Positions 33,006 to 42,755 of a DNA stretch of 64,000 bases are shown here, piece by piece. Position 1 is the stretch's first letter, and each line of letters begins with the position of its first letter. Below the pieces are notes generated by a model that saw nothing but the letters and a program-made list of their open reading frames with translations, was not told where the DNA came from and did no database searches. This DNA comes from an uncultured Clostridia bacterium (GTDB lineage Bacteria > Bacillota > Clostridia > UBA1212). Made by a program: the position numbers and the translations under genes. Location: the NCBI GenBank assembly GCA_947304585.1, contig CAMZBI010000001.1:25501-89500 (forward strand). Direction: 5' to 3'.

Positions 33006-35233
33006 ACGAAAAAGACTTTAGGGAGGCTTTGTCTGAGATTGGAAATGACGTCGATGCGCCAATTTCGGGCGACGCAGTGATAAAAAATAAAAGTAAATTC
33101 AGAAACATTGTGATCATATCTGCCGCGGCGGCAATCGTGCTGACTTTTGCGGTCATTGCCGCTGTTATTATCGGTACGATCGGATCGAATAATCAAAACA
33201 TAAGCGGGGGAGGGCCTTCTGACAAGGTCCTTTTGGTGAATACTCCTTCGCCTGGAGGTATTGACAAGACCGAAGAACCCGGCAATAAAGCAAACCACGG
33301 GGCAACGTCCTCGCCGACCGCAGACCCGACTTCAGCTCCCACAAATCCGCCAATTTCTCAGCCCACTGAGACTCCTGATGGACCTCAAGGGACTCGGGAG
33401 CCTTATTACGTTGAGCCTTTCTGGCTTAAGGGGGAGTATTTGACGGTCAAAAAGCTTGGCTACGGCGGCTCCTCAAACATCGTTTCCTTTGGCGAGGGGA
33501 GTGTCAGCGCAAAGATTATCCCCACAACGGTATTCGGCGAGCATGAGAACTGCGGGAAGGTCTACTATAACACGGAGACCAATGAGATATATTGCGTTTA
33601 CCACGAGTTTCTGGAGGCCTCGGGCGTGACCGTGCCGGAGGGTTATTACATCTATTATGAGCAGGACACGGTGCGGGACGATCTGATGTGCATAAAGATT
33701 GTTGATCCGGGTGACCTTGGCACCACGGACCTGTGGCTTTTTGACATGGACGACCGCCTGGCAAAGAGAGTGGGGCTTCCGGAGGGATGCGGCAGCTACG
33801 AGGATATAAAGATCTATACGCCGGGCCTCTGCAACGGGAAGCTTGCCCTTTGCGTCAGCGATGACATTGGCGATTGCTACATAAGTATTTTTAACAGCGG
33901 AACAGGTGAATATCAGGACTTCGGCAAGGACGCAGGCCTTAAGTCTCTGACCTGCACCTTCCTGACGGAGACTGTGCTTGAGGTGTCGACTCCCGACGGG
34001 TATTACGCCTGGAACACCGCCAATTCTAGAATGTTCAAGCTTATCGGTGAGCACAATATCGTGTTTGACGGGCTCCTTTATTCCGTGAAGAACTGGTGGG
34101 GAGGCTACCATAAGGACGTGGAAGTGGCGGTATATAACGTCGAGACCGGGCTCCTGAGGAAGGGAAGCGGCGGCGTGTTGGCATTGGCGGTGATGGACGA
34201 CGGATCCTACGGCGTGCTTTCTATTGACGACGAGACCGGAAATGAGACGGTCATCATGGATCATTATACGGAGGGCGCTACTGCCTGGAGCAAAGATCAT
34301 GCCTACTTTTACGCATATTCCGCCAAGGACAACAGAGTCCTCTGCTATTCGGTCTCCGCTTGCCAATGGACTTTTGCAGACGTTGCTCCGATAACAAAAG
34401 ATCCGGTACTCGTCGAAGGGACTCTTTATGCGGTGTTCAACAGCTGCAGGCTTGCCGTCGACGACAACTGCAGGGAGGTTACGCTTTACCACACAAGAAA
34501 ACTGGAAGAAATACCTGACCTTCCGGATTTTGAGGAGCAGAGGGTTGACTCCCCTTACTGGGACGACTATCGCGACATTGCCGCAAATAACCGTTTCTCG
34601 GAAACTGACCGCTGGTATGTCACCTACAAAGAGGACAGGGTCAGCACGGGATGGATCGGACATGACGTCGCCAACATGGATGCCCTGCGGGATATCATAC
34701 TGCTTTGCCTGGAGACCCGGGGCGAAAGACTAAAATACGATTTGACTGAAAGCGATTACGACTTCTTTAAAATGAGTTTCAGCTACAGTACATTCAGCAT
34801 GGAGTTTTTTGAAAAAGACGGCAGATACTACTTGAATCTCAATGCCAACAGACAGCCTCCAATGGGTTTCGTGAGTGAATTCAGCGAGATACCGGAAGAG
34901 ACTTTCCTAAGGGTCATGGATATGCACAGCCCTTACGTTCAGTTCACATGGATATCGGTATCAGCCCGAATCGACGATGTTTCAGATCCAAATTGCAAGG
35001 TGGTACTTGATGAGAGCGAGAAGAGTTATTTGAAGGAGTTAATATCTTCCGGCAATTGGAGGCAAAACGATTTTCAGGGCGTTACGTATTTCAGGTACGC
35101 ATGCTTTTTCATTGACGGTGATGTGTGGTTCTGTTATGAGCCCAACATGAAAATCTTGCAGGATATCATGCACTCAACACATATAGAGCTAACAGACGAG
35201 GAGTGCGCCGCCATCGACATAATGCTGAATTGA
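33002..35233 (+). CDS. single-pass membrane anti-sigma-like protein with large extracytoplasmic domain
   Basis: 4-nt overlap with the regulator gene; short cytoplasmic N-terminus, one TM helix (IVIISAAAAIVLTFAVIAAVIIG), about 680-aa exterior domain. Confidence 0.5.
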   Translation: MNEKDFREALSEIGNDVDAPISGDAVIKNKSKFRNIVIISAAAAIVLTFAVIAAVIIGTIGSNNQNISGGGPSDKVLLVNTPSPGGIDKTEEPGNKANHGATSSPTADPTSAPTNPPISQPTETPDGPQGTREPYYVEPFWLKGEYLTVKKLGYGGSSNIVSFGEGSVSAKIIPTTVFGEHENCGKVYYNTETNEIYCVYHEFLEASGVTVPEGYYIYYEQDTVRDDLMCIKIVDPGDLGTTDLWLFDMDDRLAKRVGLPEGCGSYEDIKIYTPGLCNGKLALCVSDDIGDCYISIFNSGTGEYQDFGKDAGLKSLTCTFLTETVLEVSTPDGYYAWNTANSRMFKLIGEHNIVFDGLLYSVKNWWGGYHKDVEVAVYNVETGLLRKGSGGVLALAVMDDGSYGVLSIDDETGNETVIMDHYTEGATAWSKDHAYFYAYSAKDNRVLCYSVSACQWTFADVAPITKDPVLVEGTLYAVFNSCRLAVDDNCREVTLYHTRKLEEIPDLPDFEEQRVDSPYWDDYRDIAANNRFSETDRWYVTYKEDRVSTGWIGHDVANMDALRDIILLCLETRGERLKYDLTESDYDFFKMSFSYSTFSMEFFEKDGRYYLNLNANRQPPMGFVSEFSEIPEETFLRVMDMHSPYVQFTWISVSARIDDVSDPNCKVVLDESEKSYLKELISSGNWRQNDFQGVTYFRYACFFIDGDVWFCYEPNMKILQDIMHSTHIELTDEECAAIDIMLN

Positions 35234-35282
35234 CGTGCAGGGTTCAAAAGGACAGGTCGGCGGATGTGACGGATTGAACAGC

Positions 35283-35752
35283 GCATCTATTAAGGATGCA
35301 CTGTAGGGTAAAAACGGCCCACTGCATCTAAACCGACCACACACCACACAGACGCAGGGAGTAGCCTCCACGGCTACTCCCTGTGTCTGTAATAGAAACT
35401 ACCTGGTGGGATTCGAACCGGGGCCCCCGCAAAGATTTGGCGAAAAGGCTTTAATAACGCCAATTCTTTGTGGGGAAAAGGAGGCGCAGAGATGCAAACA
35501 AAGTGATTCAAGCGAATTTGTTCTTAAAATGCTTAGATCACGCAGTCGGCGTCTCTTGCGGCGACGCATTCGTACGCTATTGAGGCTTTTCAAACACGGG
35601 TTTCAAAACTGAAAAACAGTCTTTTTTACAGGTTTTTCTAAAGATTTTTTTGCCGAAATCAATGACCGGTTTCCGGGAAATCCGAGAACAGGATCAAGAA
35701 TAACAACGATATGTTCCCGACTGATTGATGAATATTCAGCCGGCTTTTTTTT
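35283..35752 (+). repeat. structured modular repeat, copy B
   Basis: TGCACTGTAGGG…CTGCATCTAAACCGACCACACACCACA; hairpin CAGACGCAGGGAGTAGCC/GGCTACTCCCTGTGTCTG; 18-bp helix CCCCGCAAAGATTTGGCG…CGCCAATTCTTTGTGGGG; AAAGGAGGCGCAGAGATGCAAAC; micro-ORF; terminator. Confidence 0.75.
35529..35612 (+). other. Arg-rich micro-ORF inside repeat copy B (MLRSRSRRLLRRRIRTLLRLFKHGFQN)
   Basis: ATG conserved in copies B, C and D2; coding status uncertain. Confidence 0.25.
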
Positions 35753-35821
35753 ATGCAAAAAAATGAATTGAAGGATTTCACATCGAAGGAACAATTGAAA
35801 ACAATTTCACACTTTGTACAT

Positions 35822-38230
35822 TCACTCAACCGCTTTCTGTTTACCGAAAAGGATAGAGCCAAGAGAAATATAGTCTCCGCGCACATGATCGATCCTGAAC
35901 CTCGCCGAGCGGTCATACTCATATACCATGTATGCGCCGCCGCAATAATCCTTTAAAATTTTCACAGGAGCAATCAGGTTTAAGCTTTTTGCGTCAAACA
36001 TCTCTACCGCGAGGCAGCAGTCCGGAGCATTGGCAGTAAAACGGAGAGCCACAGTATATTTCTGCTTCCGTTTCATCTTAATATCGGCGGTGAAAGACTG
36101 GGCGCAAACGTTATCATAATTTGTGCCGTAGGTTTCAGAGCCGCCGTTTTTGATGTAAATCCCGCGTGACAGGACGATATCTTCAACATATTCCGGAAGC
36201 TTTGATTTAACCATGGAAGAGCAGTCAAAGAAGCCGTCACTGCCGTATTTCTCATTGGCGTCGCGGTCGATGCCTTTGAAGGACGCAGGGTAGCAAAACA
36301 TAGGTGCTCTGTACGTTTTAACCCTTCCGGTATAAGCGGCGCTGAAAGTGTATTCCCCGGCGGAAATGTTTTCATAATAACAAAAATCATCGTCTTCCTT
36401 GTCAAAGGTTGCAGGGGAACCATTCAATTCTATATTTGAAATACGCATTCCTGCCTTGGGGATGGCGACGAGAGCTTCCGTACCTTCGGGTACCGAAACA
36501 TGATGAATTCCTTTTTTTATGTCAAACGAGGCTCTTATTGTGCCGTGAGGCGTAGGCATATCGCCAATGACATTTTTTAACTGAGTGCCCAAATGGGGGA
36601 TAACCGAAAACTTCTCGAAACCCGGTTTGACAGGTTTTATACCCAGTACTTCTGTGCTTAGAAAAGCAAGGACGCCTGCGCTCCAGGGATGAGCAAGACT
36701 TGTATATCCCGCCTGACTGTTCGGCAAGGGACCGTTCTTGTCGATTTCGTCTTTCCAGCCCGGACGAAAAACTTCAAAGAAGCAGGTCCCGCCGTATTCT
36801 ATCTGAGACCCCCAAAGATCAAGGATCGATGATAAAGCATCATCGTATTTACCTGTTTTGGCGAGAGCCTTAAGGATAAAGAACTCGTTGAAGGGAGAAT
36901 AGGATATGCGGTTGGTGCGGTCGTTAAAAAACTTTTTGAACAATTCTTCTCGGACCTTTCCGTCTGCGACACCGGCATTCACCGAGTCCGCAAAAGCATG
37001 GATGCCGCAGGACTTGTGCCATAAAGGATCGCTGCTTAAAAGAATACCCTTTTCCTCAGCATATCTCGTGCAACGCCGGGCGTAGTCCTGCCGCCCGAGC
37101 AAATTGAATATATCGGCATATTTTTTGAAACATTCAATGGAAAGAAACTTATATGAAAGACGGTTCTCGGGTATGTCCGGGTTTTCAAAACCCGCGCCAA
37201 GGCGTTCATCCCAGCCGAAAAATGAGAGCGGATAGTTTTTGTCAAAGATTTCATTGGCGTGTTCCAGTCTTTTAACAGCCTCGTCGATCAAACTCAATAC
37301 GCCTACATTATCTCCGGAAAAATCATAGTAGTCGGCAAGTGAAAGAAGCCAGTACAGTTCAAAGCTTTCTATACCGTTCGGGTGTGCGGAAGTATGTTTC
37401 AGGTTTTCAAGCACAAAGTCATAGTTGGCAAATGCTGCAAGAGAAGCTGCCTGAGCGGTGTAAGCGTCTCCTGTCCACGAATGGCGATCACCGCGGTCAA
37501 TAAGTATTGCCGACATGTAGTCTTTTTTCAAATTGACTCTAACGTCATAGGCAGCCGTGTACCAGATCCGGTTCAGCATCCGATTGTCGCACTCAAATGA
37601 GCCGTAATAGTTGACCGGTTTTACCTGGCAGACAAGTCTTACGCCGGTGATATGAAATTCCTTTTTAAGTCCTTGTATATGAATGAAACCGAAGCGCACG
37701 CCCTCATAAAGTTCCGGGTTAAGAACAAGCCTGTAAACGGTATCTGACACTTTTACGGGGTGCCTTGTCTTTTTTGATGACTGAACTCCCCGGTTAACGA
37801 TCTCGGGACTTGTGTACTCACTGACGCTTAACACAATGTTTTCCGGATCGCCAAGGTCAGGACTCATTATCTCAAGCCACGCCGCAAATTCCGAACCGAA
37901 GTCGATCATTACGGTACCATCGCCTTTTACGGTTAAATCTGTATCACCGGAAAGCAACGATTCAAGGTTCAGGAAACTGTTATTGTCCTCCGTTTCATAC
38001 TTTACCGGATAGGCGAAGAAAACCCGCAGCTCGTTTCCTGCGCTCACGTCGTCAAAGCGATAAGACAGAAGAGGATCAGGGGAAAAAGCAGCACCGGCGT
38101 TTTTTACCAATGTCCCGCCCGATATGTGTTTATAAGGTTCTTCGATATCAATATTGGCGATATTGATTCTGAATCTGTCGGAATGATCGTTGCACATGAA
38201 ACTCTGATTATCAATTTCCCGCAAAAGCAT
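35822..38230 (-). CDS. six-hairpin glycoside hydrolase, alpha-L-rhamnosidase-like (GH78-like)
   Basis: 802-aa ORF; central (alpha/alpha)6-type segment (…RHSWTGDAYTAQAASLAAFANYDF…). Exact start uncertain; family assignment by resemblance only. Confidence 0.5.
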   Translation of the reverse strand: MLLREIDNQSFMCNDHSDRFRINIANIDIEEPYKHISGGTLVKNAGAAFSPDPLLSYRFDDVSAGNELRVFFAYPVKYETEDNNSFLNLESLLSGDTDLTVKGDGTVMIDFGSEFAAWLEIMSPDLGDPENIVLSVSEYTSPEIVNRGVQSSKKTRHPVKVSDTVYRLVLNPELYEGVRFGFIHIQGLKKEFHITGVRLVCQVKPVNYYGSFECDNRMLNRIWYTAAYDVRVNLKKDYMSAILIDRGDRHSWTGDAYTAQAASLAAFANYDFVLENLKHTSAHPNGIESFELYWLLSLADYYDFSGDNVGVLSLIDEAVKRLEHANEIFDKNYPLSFFGWDERLGAGFENPDIPENRLSYKFLSIECFKKYADIFNLLGRQDYARRCTRYAEEKGILLSSDPLWHKSCGIHAFADSVNAGVADGKVREELFKKFFNDRTNRISYSPFNEFFILKALAKTGKYDDALSSILDLWGSQIEYGGTCFFEVFRPGWKDEIDKNGPLPNSQAGYTSLAHPWSAGVLAFLSTEVLGIKPVKPGFEKFSVIPHLGTQLKNVIGDMPTPHGTIRASFDIKKGIHHVSVPEGTEALVAIPKAGMRISNIELNGSPATFDKEDDDFCYYENISAGEYTFSAAYTGRVKTYRAPMFCYPASFKGIDRDANEKYGSDGFFDCSSMVKSKLPEYVEDIVLSRGIYIKNGGSETYGTNYDNVCAQSFTADIKMKRKQKYTVALRFTANAPDCCLAVEMFDAKSLNLIAPVKILKDYCGGAYMVYEYDRSARFRIDHVRGDYISLGSILFGKQKAVE

Positions 38231-38233
38231 TTC

Positions 38234-39307
38234 TCATCGGTCTATAACAGCTTTAATAACTCCGCCGCCGATAACCAAACCTCTTTCATCATAAAAAACG
38301 GCGGACTGCCCCTGTGCGGCAGCCCTCACGGGCTCGTCAAATTCAACTCTTACAGTGTCGTTTCTCGCTTTTTCGATAAATGCGGGCTGACCTTTGTGCC
38401 CGTATCTGATCTTGACAATGCATCTTACTTTTTTACTGTCCTCAAGGCTCTCAATACTCATAAAGTTCAGATTATTGCAAAGTATTTCCCGATTGTAGAG
38501 AGAGTCACTCTTTCCGATAACGACTTCGTTTTTTTCCGGGAGTATTTCCTTCACATAGCCCGGATATCCCAGGGAAATACCGAGCCCTTTTCTTTGGCCC
38601 ACAGTGTAATATATGATTCCCTTATGCCTTCCCAGCACATTTCCGTCAGGATCGACAAAATTGCCTTCTTTTGCACAGCCTGTTTTGGCTGCAATAAAGT
38701 CCCCGTAGCTCCCGCCGGTCACAAAGCAAATCTCCTGAGAATCCGGCTTTGAAGCAACGGCAATTTCCGCCTCCTTTGCGATACTTCTGACTTCGTCTTT
38801 ACTTAAACCGCCAAGAGGCATCAGCGTCGCTGCAAGCTGTTCCTGGGTCAGCCTGTAAAGCATGTAAGTCTGGTCCTTTTCGGTATGGCAGGCTGTCTTC
38901 ACCGTATACCTTCCGTTCTCAAGCTTTTCAACAGAAGCGTAGTGCCCGGTGGCAATATGATCTGCCCCGAAAACCTTGGCGTAAAACAGAAGCTTCTCCC
39001 ATTTAACATACCTATTGCAAAAAACACAGGGGTTGGGTGTACGGCCGGAAAGGTATTCGCCGACAAAAGGCTCTACTATATGTCTCCTAAAATCCGACGT
39101 ACAGTTTATGGGATAATAAGGTATGCCGATGCTTCTTGCGGCGTCTCTTGCATCGTCGATGTCGCAACAACGTCCTTCGTCACCGTCTTCAGTCTGCCAG
39201 ACCCTCAGGGTCACGCCAATGACATCATATCCCTCTTTTTTTAGGAGATATGCCGCTACGGCGCTGTCGACTCCTCCCGACATTCCCACAACAACCTTAT
39301 TACCCAT
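38234..39307 (-). CDS. mnmA: tRNA 2-thiouridine(34) synthase
   Basis: PP-loop VVVGMSGGVDSAVAA and conserved cysteines. Confidence 0.9.
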   Translation of the reverse strand: MGNKVVVGMSGGVDSAVAAYLLKKEGYDVIGVTLRVWQTEDGDEGRCCDIDDARDAARSIGIPYYPINCTSDFRRHIVEPFVGEYLSGRTPNPCVFCNRYVKWEKLLFYAKVFGADHIATGHYASVEKLENGRYTVKTACHTEKDQTYMLYRLTQEQLAATLMPLGGLSKDEVRSIAKEAEIAVASKPDSQEICFVTGGSYGDFIAAKTGCAKEGNFVDPDGNVLGRHKGIIYYTVGQRKGLGISLGYPGYVKEILPEKNEVVIGKSDSLYNREILCNNLNFMSIESLEDSKKVRCIVKIRYGHKGQPAFIEKARNDTVRVEFDEPVRAAAQGQSAVFYDERGLVIGGGVIKAVIDR

Positions 39308-39572
39308 AATAATTTACTGCCCGGAACACATTGCTATAAAAGAAATGCGATCATTCAACTTTTTTGAGTGGTTTAAAGTTTTTGTCACCATCCCTGAAAA
39401 AAGATTACGGTAGATTATAAACCTTTCTGCCTACTATGTCAATGGGTATATTCTGCTGTGCCGGGATCAATGTATCAACACGGATTGGTATGGAAAAGCA
39501 TTGGCGGCTTTGATATCTTCCTGTGACGCATATTTCACCAAGGTAACGCTGCAGTTAGGTCCGTAGGAGAGC

Positions 39573-40266
39573 GACTCTATTTAGTTTTCAAGTCATGTTA
39601 TCTTGTACACTGTATCTATTTAGTCTGTACAGTGCATCTTTTAGGGATGTACAGTAGGCCAAAAACGGCCCTCTGCATCTAAATCGACCACACACCACAA
39701 GGTGAACCCGGGTCCCCGAAAGTGCTCGCGCTTTTGGGGAGAGGAGCCGGGGCGGCGGGAATGGAGTCTTTCAAGTGAGGATCTATAAACTTCTTGAAAG
39801 ACGGAATCGTCGGCGTTCGCGGCGACGAAAATAGATGCACACGCAAAAATCGGCTATTTTTAGCCGATTGGAGCGGCTCGAAAGGCCAAAAATTTTAGTG
39901 CGAAATAAAAAGATGCAAAAGCCTATTCCCGAGGGGAATCCATAGGGGCCCCCGAAACTCGCTTTCACACATTGGCCCGTCACTAGTCCGCTTTCGCGGA
40001 AATCGTTCCGGCTCCAATGTGTGGCGCGAGATGGGCCTATTTATGCGCTTTTGGGGAGAAGGAGCCGCAGAGACGCAAACGAAGTGGTCCAAGCGAATAC
40101 AATCTTATAATGCTTGAAACACGCAGTCGGCGTCTCTTGCGGCGACGCATTCGTACGCTATTAAAGCCTTACAACAAGAGTCTTTAAGGGAAAAAGAGAG
40201 CTATATTAAAACAAGAAATAACGGTTTGTTGACGACTGAGTGATGAAACTTCAGCCGGCTTTTTAG
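39573..40266 (+). repeat. structured modular repeat, copy D (composite, two tandem module sets)
   Basis: ACTGTATCTATTTAG and TGTACAGT(×2) block; CCCCGAAAGTGC…GCGCTTTTGGGG; GTCTTTCAAG…CTTGAAAGAC; AATCGGCTA-TTTTT-TAGCCGATT; second helix CCCCCGAAA…CTTTTGGGG enclosing CACACATTGG…CCAATGTGTG; micro-ORF; terminator. Confidence 0.75.
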
Positions 40267-40409
40267 ATCCGACAAACATCCAATCAATGTTTCTTTGTTT
40301 TGTAACGGTTGACTTTCTGCCATTTAAAAATCACGCAATCTATGCTATACTGTCATTACTAAATTTGAAATGCCAAACTGGCAGAGCAAGTTAAGATTGG
40401 AGCCTTGCT

Positions 40410-41357
40410 ATGAGCAATGATAAAACGAAACTCATTCTCGCGAATACCAATGAGCAGGGCACAGATGCCCTCAATATTCAAAGCTTAATTTACGTTTTTC
40501 GTGATAAACAGGTCATGCTTGACAGTGACTTGGCTTATTTGTATAAAGTTGAGACCGGATATCTCAACAGAGCAGTAAAACGCAACATCAGCCGATTTCC
40601 AGAGGATTTTTGTTTTCAACTTACAATAGAAGAATATGCAATCTTGAAATGCCAAATTGGCATAGCAAGTTCGGAGTCAGCTAATGGATATGGCGGCAGG
40701 AGGACTCGGCCATATGTGTTTACAGAGCAAGGCATTTCGATGCTTGCAAGTGTTTTGCATAGTGATGTCGCCGTTAGTGTAAGCATCCGGATTATGAGAG
40801 CTTTTGTGGAGCTGCGACATTTCATTTCCGGCAATGCGCTGCTGTTTGAGCGAATAAGTTCCGTTGAACTTCGTCAACTGGAATACCAAAAAGAGGTTGA
40901 TGAAAAGTTTGAGAAGGTTTTTGAATATATTTCGGATCATCAAGAGGCTTCGCAGAAGGTCTTTTTCAATGGGCAGATTTATGATGCTTTCAGCCTGATT
41001 TCCAGTTTGATTAAGAAGGCTTCAACAGATATTATCCTGATTGATGGATACGTAGACACGGGAACCCTTGATTTGCTCTCAAAGAAACGGTCAGGCGTTG
41101 GCGTCTCTGTTTATACCTCGCAACACGGATGCCGACTCACTAATGCTGAAGTTACTGCATTTAATGCCCAGTATCCCGCTCTCTCTGTGTCATATACCAG
41201 CGTTTTTCATGATCGCTTTTTAATTTTGGATCACCGGAAAGGATATCACATTGGAGCCTCAATTAAAGATGCCGGGGGAAAGTGTTTTGCTATTTCCAAG
41301 TTGGAGGATTCACAGATTATACAAGACATCATCAATAGGCTATCGCATTCAAACTGA
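40410..41357 (+). CDS. ORF6N (KilA-N-related) domain protein with C-terminal extension
   Basis: …VMLDSDLAYLYKVETGYLNRAVKRNISRFPEDFCFQLT… matches the ORF6N domain; low-GC gene. Confidence 0.65.
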   Translation: MSNDKTKLILANTNEQGTDALNIQSLIYVFRDKQVMLDSDLAYLYKVETGYLNRAVKRNISRFPEDFCFQLTIEEYAILKCQIGIASSESANGYGGRRTRPYVFTEQGISMLASVLHSDVAVSVSIRIMRAFVELRHFISGNALLFERISSVELRQLEYQKEVDEKFEKVFEYISDHQEASQKVFFNGQIYDAFSLISSLIKKASTDIILIDGYVDTGTLDLLSKKRSGVGVSVYTSQHGCRLTNAEVTAFNAQYPALSVSYTSVFHDRFLILDHRKGYHIGASIKDAGGKCFAISKLEDSQIIQDIINRLSHSN

Positions 41358-41379
41358 CTGCACGAAAGGCTGAAATCTC

Positions 41380-42726
41380 ATGGGACAATCATTTGAACGA
41401 ATACTTGCTCTAAACAAGGAAACAACAGGCTTGTCGTTGGTTCCCGGAATGCGTAAAGCTGCTGCAGAAATCGGATATTCAGAAAGCACGGAGGGTATTG
41501 GCATTTCCGTTCGTATAAGGCGTCATGAAGACAGCGAGTGGTACGAAATCGAGTCGCCTCTGCTTGGATCCACCGCAGAAACAGCAGAGCCTTTTTTGAG
41601 GGCAATTTCCCGCGAAGTGCATACACCGGTGCTTTTCCTTTGTTGTGTCGACAGTGATTTTGTTTATTGCCGGTTGATAGACTCTACTACCGAAATCGAT
41701 ACAGGCGCCTGCTTAGGAGAACCGTATGTTGACGTCGGTGAACCGGATTACAATGCGTGGGCCGGAGCATGTAAAAAGAAATGGAAGTGCACTGCCGAAC
41801 AGTTTCGTGAAGTGTTCGAGGGCGATTATGTCTTCGCAGAAGAGGGGCTGGAACCGCTTGCTGCGCTGATGCATTTCTCACCGGTTGTTGTAAATGTGTC
41901 TGAAGATGAGCCTGCCGACAGGATAATATGGTTTTCACCTTCTGGAGATGGGACCAACGCCAGGTCTCCGCAAACGTTGCTCGAAAAAGCTGCGGATTTC
42001 ATGGAAACAGAGTATGCGGACAAATTGGTCGAAAAAGGCTTTCAACGGTTTAAAAACTCTCCGCTTCGGTGGCATAAGCTCGTTGGCGACGAGGGCAACG
42101 AGGTGCTGCAGAGCATTGTTATCACTTCGCATTACGATTGGTATGAGATCTTTTACGGAGCACAATCGCTGTATTGTCCGGTTGTCTTCTCCGACAAGTA
42201 TTATCCGCATCACGACAATGATCTTTACTGGCTGGAAGCTCGTTTTGAGTATGTATGTAATGTCGACAAAGGTCTGTTCTACATTGAAGAGGAGAATCCT
42301 GAACTTGGCAAATGCGAAAGAATGTTGCCTTTTGACGACCCGCAGCAGTTCCGTCCCATACTGGAAAGATTGATCTTTCCTGCGCTCGACCGCATCGTTG
42401 ATCTTACGACATGCCACGATGCATATATGCAAACGCGCCTGGTCAAACTCTATAAGGACAATCCAAAGATTAATATTGATCATTCAAGGCTTTGGCTCGA
42501 GGCATTTCTCTCCGGCGATGAAGCATTGACCAAAAAACATTTTGCGCTTGTTAAACAACTGTATGAAAATCAAAAACAAATAGCACGAAATCTAAACATA
42601 GAATGTGAAGAGCCGCTGGTCGAAGCCTTTGGCAAAGGCGATATGGTCCTGTTCAGAGAATTATTGGACAAGACATATGCCACCAATATGAAAAATCTCA
42701 GGAACGCAGGGGTCGTTCAACGGTGA
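41380..42726 (+). CDS. hypothetical protein (448 aa, no recognised domain)
   Basis: Intact ORF 22 nt downstream of the ORF6N gene; low GC. Confidence 0.4.
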   Translation: MGQSFERILALNKETTGLSLVPGMRKAAAEIGYSESTEGIGISVRIRRHEDSEWYEIESPLLGSTAETAEPFLRAISREVHTPVLFLCCVDSDFVYCRLIDSTTEIDTGACLGEPYVDVGEPDYNAWAGACKKKWKCTAEQFREVFEGDYVFAEEGLEPLAALMHFSPVVVNVSEDEPADRIIWFSPSGDGTNARSPQTLLEKAADFMETEYADKLVEKGFQRFKNSPLRWHKLVGDEGNEVLQSIVITSHYDWYEIFYGAQSLYCPVVFSDKYYPHHDNDLYWLEARFEYVCNVDKGLFYIEEENPELGKCERMLPFDDPQQFRPILERLIFPALDRIVDLTTCHDAYMQTRLVKLYKDNPKINIDHSRLWLEAFLSGDEALTKKHFALVKQLYENQKQIARNLNIECEEPLVEAFGKGDMVLFRELLDKTYATNMKNLRNAGVVQR

Positions 42727-42755
42727 ACCTGGACTGAGCTTTTATAATCCAATCT

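Noticed and set aside
35406-35612. 68-aa and 66-aa ORFs (35406-35612, 42907-43107) spanning repeat copies B and C.
   Set aside because: Their N-terminal two-thirds translate the conserved RNA-like modules and lack a plausible start or RBS. Only the short ATG-initiated Arg-rich tail is reported, as a low-confidence micro-ORF.
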